Both the position numbers and the translations under genes were made by a program. From an uncultured Chitinophagaceae bacterium (GTDB lineage: Bacteria; Bacteroidota; Ignavibacteria; UBA10030; UBA8401), in NCBI GenBank assembly GCA_964642725.1, contig CAZXQG010000005.1, positions 16,597 to 80,596 on the forward strand: a stretch of 64,000 nucleotides of DNA, in the 5' to 3' direction. The notes beneath the pieces were generated by a model that saw nothing but the letters and a program-made list of their open reading frames with translations, ran no database searches and was not told where the DNA came from. Every line of letters begins with the position of its first letter. Position 1 is the first letter of the stretch. Shown here one piece after another: positions 59,638-64,000 of the stretch.

Positions 59638-60387
59638 ATGGACCAGACCTACCTTAAGAAACTTTTAGCCGACCTGAAACGCGGACGGATTTCGGAACAG
59701 AAGGCACTTTCTTCGATCCAAAATTTTTCTTATGAATCGCTCGGCTTTGCGACGATCGACCATCATCGTCAATTCCGTCAAGGTTTTCCCGAAGTTATTT
59801 TATGCGAGGGAAAAACTCCGCAGCAGATTTCGATCATCGCAAAAAAAATCGCAGAACGCGGCAGCGTTCTGCTGGCAACCCGGGCGAGCCGAAAGGACTT
59901 TGCCGCCGTGCGAAAAACTGTGAAGAACGCTCATTACATGTCCGATGCGCGAACGATTACGGCGAACGAGCCATTGCCGGCCGATTCGAAAAAGAAACTT
60001 ATTCTTGTGGTCACAGCAGGAACTTCGGATATCCCCGTTGCAGAAGAAGCTGTTGTCACGGCAAAGATGATGAAGCAAAATGTAGAAACAATGTACGACG
60101 TGGGAGTCGCCGGTATTCACCGCCTGTTGAACCAAAGCGACAAACTCCATAAAGCAAGCGTCATCATTGTTGTGGCAGGAATGGACGGCGCCCTCGCAAG
60201 CGTCGTCGGCGGCCTCGTGCGCGTCCCAGTTATCGCTGTTCCTACCTCGACAGGGTACGGCGCATCATTCGGCGGCATTGCACCGCTGCTGACTATGTTG
60301 AATTCATGCGCTGCAGGGGTCACCGTAGTGAACATCGATAATGGATTCGGCGCCGCCTTTGCGGCTTGTCTCATAACAAAGTTGTAG
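59638..60387 (+). CDS. larB: LarB-like NCAIR-mutase-fold protein (nickel-pincer cofactor biosynthesis carboxylase/hydrolase)
   Basis: 'DHHRQFRQGFPEVILCEGKT', 'VVTAGTSDIPVAEEA', 'VVAGMDGALASVVGG...PVIAVPTSTGYGASFGGIAPLLTMLNSCAAGV'. Start at ATG 59638. Confidence 0.78.
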   Translation: MDQTYLKKLLADLKRGRISEQKALSSIQNFSYESLGFATIDHHRQFRQGFPEVILCEGKTPQQISIIAKKIAERGSVLLATRASRKDFAAVRKTVKNAHYMSDARTITANEPLPADSKKKLILVVTAGTSDIPVAEEAVVTAKMMKQNVETMYDVGVAGIHRLLNQSDKLHKASVIIVVAGMDGALASVVGGLVRVPVIAVPTSTGYGASFGGIAPLLTMLNSCAAGVTVVNIDNGFGAAFAACLITKL

Positions 60388-60434
60388 GCAAACAATTTTA
60401 TCGGTATTCGGTGTAAGGAAGAAGGAAAACGTTC

Positions 60435-61823
60435 ATGCTCAGCGACTTGAAAAAAATACAATTCAGACAAAACATTTTGGAAACAATCGGGAACACCCCG
60501 CTGGTAAAGCTCAATAGGATTGCGAAAGGGTATAAGCCGCATATCTTTGCTAAGGTGGAAATCTTCAACCCTGGTGGCTCTGTGAAAGACAGGATTGGGG
60601 TGGAAATTATTGAGGATGCGGAGCGGAGCGGACGGCTGAAGCCAGGCGGAACAATCGTCGAATCAACTTCCGGAAACACTGGAATGGGGCTTGCGATTGT
60701 GGCGGCAATCAAAGGCTACAAAACTGTCTTCACAATGCCTGATAAAATGAGCGGCGAGAAAATTCAGCTGCTCCGCGCGTTTGGAGCGGAGGTTATCGTT
60801 ACGCCGACAGCAGTCCCGCACGATTCTCCCGAAAGCTATGCGGAAGTTGCAAAGCGTATCGTCCGCGAAACGCCAAACTCAATTCTCGCCGACCAGCACT
60901 TCAACCCGAAAAACGATGAGTCGCATTACCACACAACGGGTCCGGAAATTTGGGAACAAACCGGCGGCCAAATCGACTACTTTGTGTGCGGCATCGGTAC
61001 GGGGGGAACGATCAGCGGTGCCGGAAAGTTTTTGAAAGAGAAAAATCCCAAGATTAACGTGGTCGGCATTGACCCGAAAGGATCAATCCTTCGCGAGTTT
61101 TTCTACACAAAAGCATTCTCCCCCGTTTTCCGAACATACAAAGTGGAAGGCATCGGACAGGATTATATACCGGGTACGCTCCATTTCGAATACATCGACG
61201 AAGTGATCGAAGTGACCGATAAAGAATCGTTTCTCACGGCGCGAAAGCTTACACGGGATGAAGGTATTTTTGCAGGCGGTTCAAGCGGCGCTGCGGTTGC
61301 AGGAGCATTCAAGCTCGCCGAGCGCCTCTCGGAAAAAGACGTTGTCGTCGTTCTGCTGCCGGACGGCGGTTCCAAGTACCTCAGCAAAATCTACAACGAT
61401 GATTGGATGAAAGAAAACGGTTTCCTCGCCCCCGAACGCATCACACTCCGGTATGTGCTCGAATCAAAATCATCGAAACTTCCGCAGTTGATAACCGTTG
61501 ATGCTTCCTCGACAATTCGCACCGCGCTCGATTTGATAACCGGTAAGAACATTTCCCAGTTGCCGGTCTTCGAAAATAAAAAATGTATCGGGAGCGTTTC
61601 CGAAGGAAATCTCCTTACCATCTTACTGAAAGATTCGTCCAAGTTTGATGCGAAAGTGCAATCAGTGATGGAACCTCCTTTCCCCGAAGTCCACATGAAC
61701 GAAGAAATCAGCCGGGCGGTGGAATACTTTGCAAAAAAAGAGCCCGCAGTCTTAGTGAAGGACGATACCGGCCTCATCGGAATCATTACCCGGTTCGACG
61801 TTTTAGGGTACCTTTCCCGGTAA
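60435..61823 (+). CDS. cystathionine beta-synthase (PLP fold type II plus C-terminal CBS-pair)
   Basis: 'IGNTPLVKLNRI', 'NPGGSVKDRIG', 'ESTSGNTG', 'GIGTGGTISG', then a Bateman module ('ISQLPV...', 'LIGIITRFDVL'). Confidence 0.85.
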   Translation: MLSDLKKIQFRQNILETIGNTPLVKLNRIAKGYKPHIFAKVEIFNPGGSVKDRIGVEIIEDAERSGRLKPGGTIVESTSGNTGMGLAIVAAIKGYKTVFTMPDKMSGEKIQLLRAFGAEVIVTPTAVPHDSPESYAEVAKRIVRETPNSILADQHFNPKNDESHYHTTGPEIWEQTGGQIDYFVCGIGTGGTISGAGKFLKEKNPKINVVGIDPKGSILREFFYTKAFSPVFRTYKVEGIGQDYIPGTLHFEYIDEVIEVTDKESFLTARKLTRDEGIFAGGSSGAAVAGAFKLAERLSEKDVVVVLLPDGGSKYLSKIYNDDWMKENGFLAPERITLRYVLESKSSKLPQLITVDASSTIRTALDLITGKNISQLPVFENKKCIGSVSEGNLLTILLKDSSKFDAKVQSVMEPPFPEVHMNEEISRAVEYFAKKEPAVLVKDDTGLIGIITRFDVLGYLSR

Positions 61824-61830
61824 CTCGCTT

Positions 61831-62103
61831 ATGCAATGGGAGAAATCAGCAGTTGATAAACTTGATGAATTGGTACAGGTTGTCCGCGACCCGTTTCGCG
61901 AGATCATCAAGAACTCTGCACAGGCGCATGCCGAACGGTACGCGGCGCAGCGGGAGAAACCTCACGTCACGATAAAAGACGCCGTGCTCGGATTTCTTCG
62001 CGCACGTTCTCACAAATTGAACTCGGAGGGCTTGATGCTGCTCAAAGAACACGCGATCGAAGAAAAGGAATTTACCGACTACGAAAACAAGGGAATGATA
62101 TGA
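61831..62103 (+). CDS. hypothetical 90-aa protein, translationally coupled to the CGL gene
   Basis: Starts 8 nt after the CBS stop and ends in an ATGA overlap with the next gene. Helical and charged; faint resemblance to PCP-reductase-type small domains (very uncertain). Confidence 0.5.
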   Translation: MQWEKSAVDKLDELVQVVRDPFREIIKNSAQAHAERYAAQREKPHVTIKDAVLGFLRARSHKLNSEGLMLLKEHAIEEKEFTDYENKGMI

Positions 62104-63239
62104 AGTTCTCATCAAAGACCGTTCACGCCGGACAACGACCCGACCCGACGACCGGCGCCGTGATGACGCCGGTCTTTCTCACATCGACGTACGTCCAGGA
62201 AGAATTAGGAAAAAATAAGGGGTACGAATATTCCCGCGTTTCAAATCCAACACGGACAGCGCTCGAAATGAACATTGCTTCTCTTGAAAATGCGGGAGAA
62301 GGAATGGCGTTCGCATCCGGGATGGCGGCGATCGATGCTCTCTTCCGACTTCTGTCGCCCGGCGATCATATCATCGTGACAAACAACGTTTACGGCGGAA
62401 CCTACCGCATCGCTAAAATGGTGCTTGAACAATTCGGACTACAGTTCGATTTTATCAACACGACCGACATGAACAGTGTTGTTCGCGCGCGCAAACCGAA
62501 CACAAAAATGATCTTCATCGAAACACCGACAAATCCAACGATGGAAATTGCCGACCTCGGGGCGATCGCAAAATTCGCGCGCACGCATCATCTCATTTCT
62601 ATCGTCGACAATACGTTCGCCACGCCGTATTTGCAGCGGCCCATTGAATTCGGTATCGAGGTCGTCGTTCACAGCGTTACAAAATATTTGAACGGGCACA
62701 GTGACATGCTCGGCGGGATGATTGTTACGAACAACATCGGCATCGCCGAGAAGCTTCGCTTCTGTCAAAAAGCCGTCGGGGGAATTATGAGCCCCTTTGA
62801 TGCATGGCTTTGTTTGCGCGGAACAAAAACGCTGGCGGTACGAATGAAGCAGCACTGTGAAAACGCGACGATTATTGCCGAATGGCTGGCGGCGCAGAAA
62901 AAAATCCTGAAGGTAAACTACCCCGGTTTACGAAGCCATCCTCAGTATGCGCTCGCCAGAAGGCAGATGAGCGGGTTTGGCGGAATGATTTCGTTTGACG
63001 TCGGAAGCCTGAACAATGCCAAACGATTTTTGAAACGAGTCCGCCTTTGCGCGCTCGCCGAAAGCCTGGGAGGCGTCGAGACACTCATTTCCCATCCTGC
63101 GACAATGACGCACGCTTCAGTTCCGAAACCAGATCGAATCAAAAACGGCGTCACTGACGGGTTGGTTCGAATTTCGGTTGGAATCGAAGATGTAGAAGAT
63201 TTGATCGACGATTTAAAGAATGCGCTGAAGGGAATCTAA
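62100..63239 (+). CDS. cystathionine gamma-lyase / gamma-synthase family PLP enzyme
   Basis: 379 aa; 'YSRVSNPT', 'DNTFATPY', 'HSVTKYLNGHSD' (PLP-Lys), 'SLGGVETLISHPATMTH'. Confidence 0.85.
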   Translation: MKFSSKTVHAGQRPDPTTGAVMTPVFLTSTYVQEELGKNKGYEYSRVSNPTRTALEMNIASLENAGEGMAFASGMAAIDALFRLLSPGDHIIVTNNVYGGTYRIAKMVLEQFGLQFDFINTTDMNSVVRARKPNTKMIFIETPTNPTMEIADLGAIAKFARTHHLISIVDNTFATPYLQRPIEFGIEVVVHSVTKYLNGHSDMLGGMIVTNNIGIAEKLRFCQKAVGGIMSPFDAWLCLRGTKTLAVRMKQHCENATIIAEWLAAQKKILKVNYPGLRSHPQYALARRQMSGFGGMISFDVGSLNNAKRFLKRVRLCALAESLGGVETLISHPATMTHASVPKPDRIKNGVTDGLVRISVGIEDVEDLIDDLKNALKGI

Positions 63240-63248
63240 AGAATAGTT

Positions 63249-63274
63249 ATGCCATGAACCTAGAGCCATGGCAT
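63249..63274. terminator. hairpin between convergent genes (weak terminator candidate)
   Basis: ATGCCATG-10 nt-CATGGCAT, with no U-tract on either side. Confidence 0.3.
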
Positions 63275-63280
63275 GACTTG

Positions 63281-63817
63281 CTATCTAAGAAATTGTTTCC
63301 TCACCAATAACCACGCTGCAAGCGTCATCCCATCCCAAATCTCCCCGCGTGCCATCATCGCCTCAAGTTCATCGGGAGCAACACATACAATTTCAAATTC
63401 TTCAGTCGCTTCAGGCTTTGCCTTTACATACGAAAGATTTCGCGCTATGAATACTCTGCACATTTCGTCTGTGACTCCGTTGAAAGGATTGAACTCTCCC
63501 CCCATGATCCATGATTGCGCAATATATCCTGTTTCTTCTTCCAACTCCAACCTGGCCATCTCATCGTACGTATGTCCTGGCTTCACTCCGCCGCACGGGA
63601 ATTCAATGCTCTCTCTGTCTCTCAAATAGCGATATTGATTGACAAGAACGATTCTGCCGTCATCCATCACCGGAACGATCATGCTCGAGCCTTCCGTATG
63701 CACGTAGTGATATTCCCCCTTGACCCCGTTTGGAATCTGGAATGAATCAAGATAATAATTCCACCAGGGATTCTTATAGATAATTTTTGACGTGAGTTTC
63801 TTCCAGCGGGAAAGCAT
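63281..63817 (-). CDS. NUDIX hydrolase (ADP-ribose pyrophosphatase-like)
   Basis: Nudix box 'GGVKPGHTYDEMARLELEEETGY'. Confidence 0.8.
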   Translation of the reverse strand: MLSRWKKLTSKIIYKNPWWNYYLDSFQIPNGVKGEYHYVHTEGSSMIVPVMDDGRIVLVNQYRYLRDRESIEFPCGGVKPGHTYDEMARLELEEETGYIAQSWIMGGEFNPFNGVTDEMCRVFIARNLSYVKAKPEATEEFEIVCVAPDELEAMMARGEIWDGMTLAAWLLVRKQFLR

Positions 63818-64000
63818 ATCGGATGGATAGAGTATGATAGATGATTTTGAGACTTCCCTTAAAAAGGATCAGCCCATTCCGCTATTGGCAGCAGAAACAA
63901 CGGAGAATTATCTGATTCATAAGAGAAATGCCATTAATGCCGCTATATGGGTTCTGACTTCTGTCTCCTGACTCCTAAAATCTTTCAGATCAATTCGCTC

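Noticed and set aside
63834-63971. 45-aa plus-strand ORF (MIDDFETSLKKDQPIPLLAAETTENYLIHKRNAINAAIWVLTSVS) near the window end
   Set aside because: It is short, has no clear RBS and matches no family I recognise. It sits in the divergent promoter region of the NUDIX gene. The window ends too soon to judge its context.

Overview
I read this 64 kb window as mostly core genome from a Gram-negative bacterium. My guess is an FCB-group, Ignavibacteria/Chlorobi-like organism. That guess rests only on a YpdA-type (bacillithiol) disulfide reductase, an atpD-atpC pair split from the other atp genes, the look of GroEL, RecA and ribosomal proteins, and canonical sigma70-type promoters plus CIRCE. All calls come from reading the ORF track and the DNA by eye, with motifs recalled from memory; no BLAST, HMM or folding was run. 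I can support about 62 protein genes, one tRNA-Thr(CGU), several intrinsic terminators, a perfect CIRCE element and a few consensus-like promoters. I found no rRNA, CRISPR array, transposase or prophage. Gene content, in order: STAS, rpiB, rlpA, manC, alr, atpDC; an LPS-core cluster (GT2, O-antigen-ligase-like, GT9, msbA); leuS; proBA; a 4-gene partner-switching operon; rpmB; one long co-directional block pgsA-pgpA-cinA-thpR-recA-recX-AI2E-AI2E-exonuclease; an arsR-arsM-arsC-acr3 operon; bioY; prs-rplY-pth; rpsF-rpsR-rplI; argH; peptidases; groESL; rsmI; nadE; lat plus an aldehyde dehydrogenase; purB; htrA; plsY; larB; and a CBS / small ORF / CGL reverse-transsulfuration set. No clearly novel multi-gene system stands out. 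The most interesting items are: (1) a partner-switching operon with two different GAF-PP2C phosphatases and no sigma factor; (2) a XerC/D-like protein in which 3 of the 6 canonical catalytic residues appear substituted, next to REP-like twin hairpins and an orphan terminator; (3) a cytoplasmic protein built around 63/93/126-bp Pro/Glu-rich tandem repeats; (4) duplicated ATCAA-N6-TTGAT palindromes in the ars operon; (5) a 90-aa ORF translationally coupled between CBS and CGL; (6) tandem AI-2E transporter paralogs and a PolB-like exonuclease placed directly downstream of recA-recX. Several start codons were moved from the ORF-track maximum to internal starts that fit ATGA/8-nt overlaps or family N-termini; these remain uncertain.
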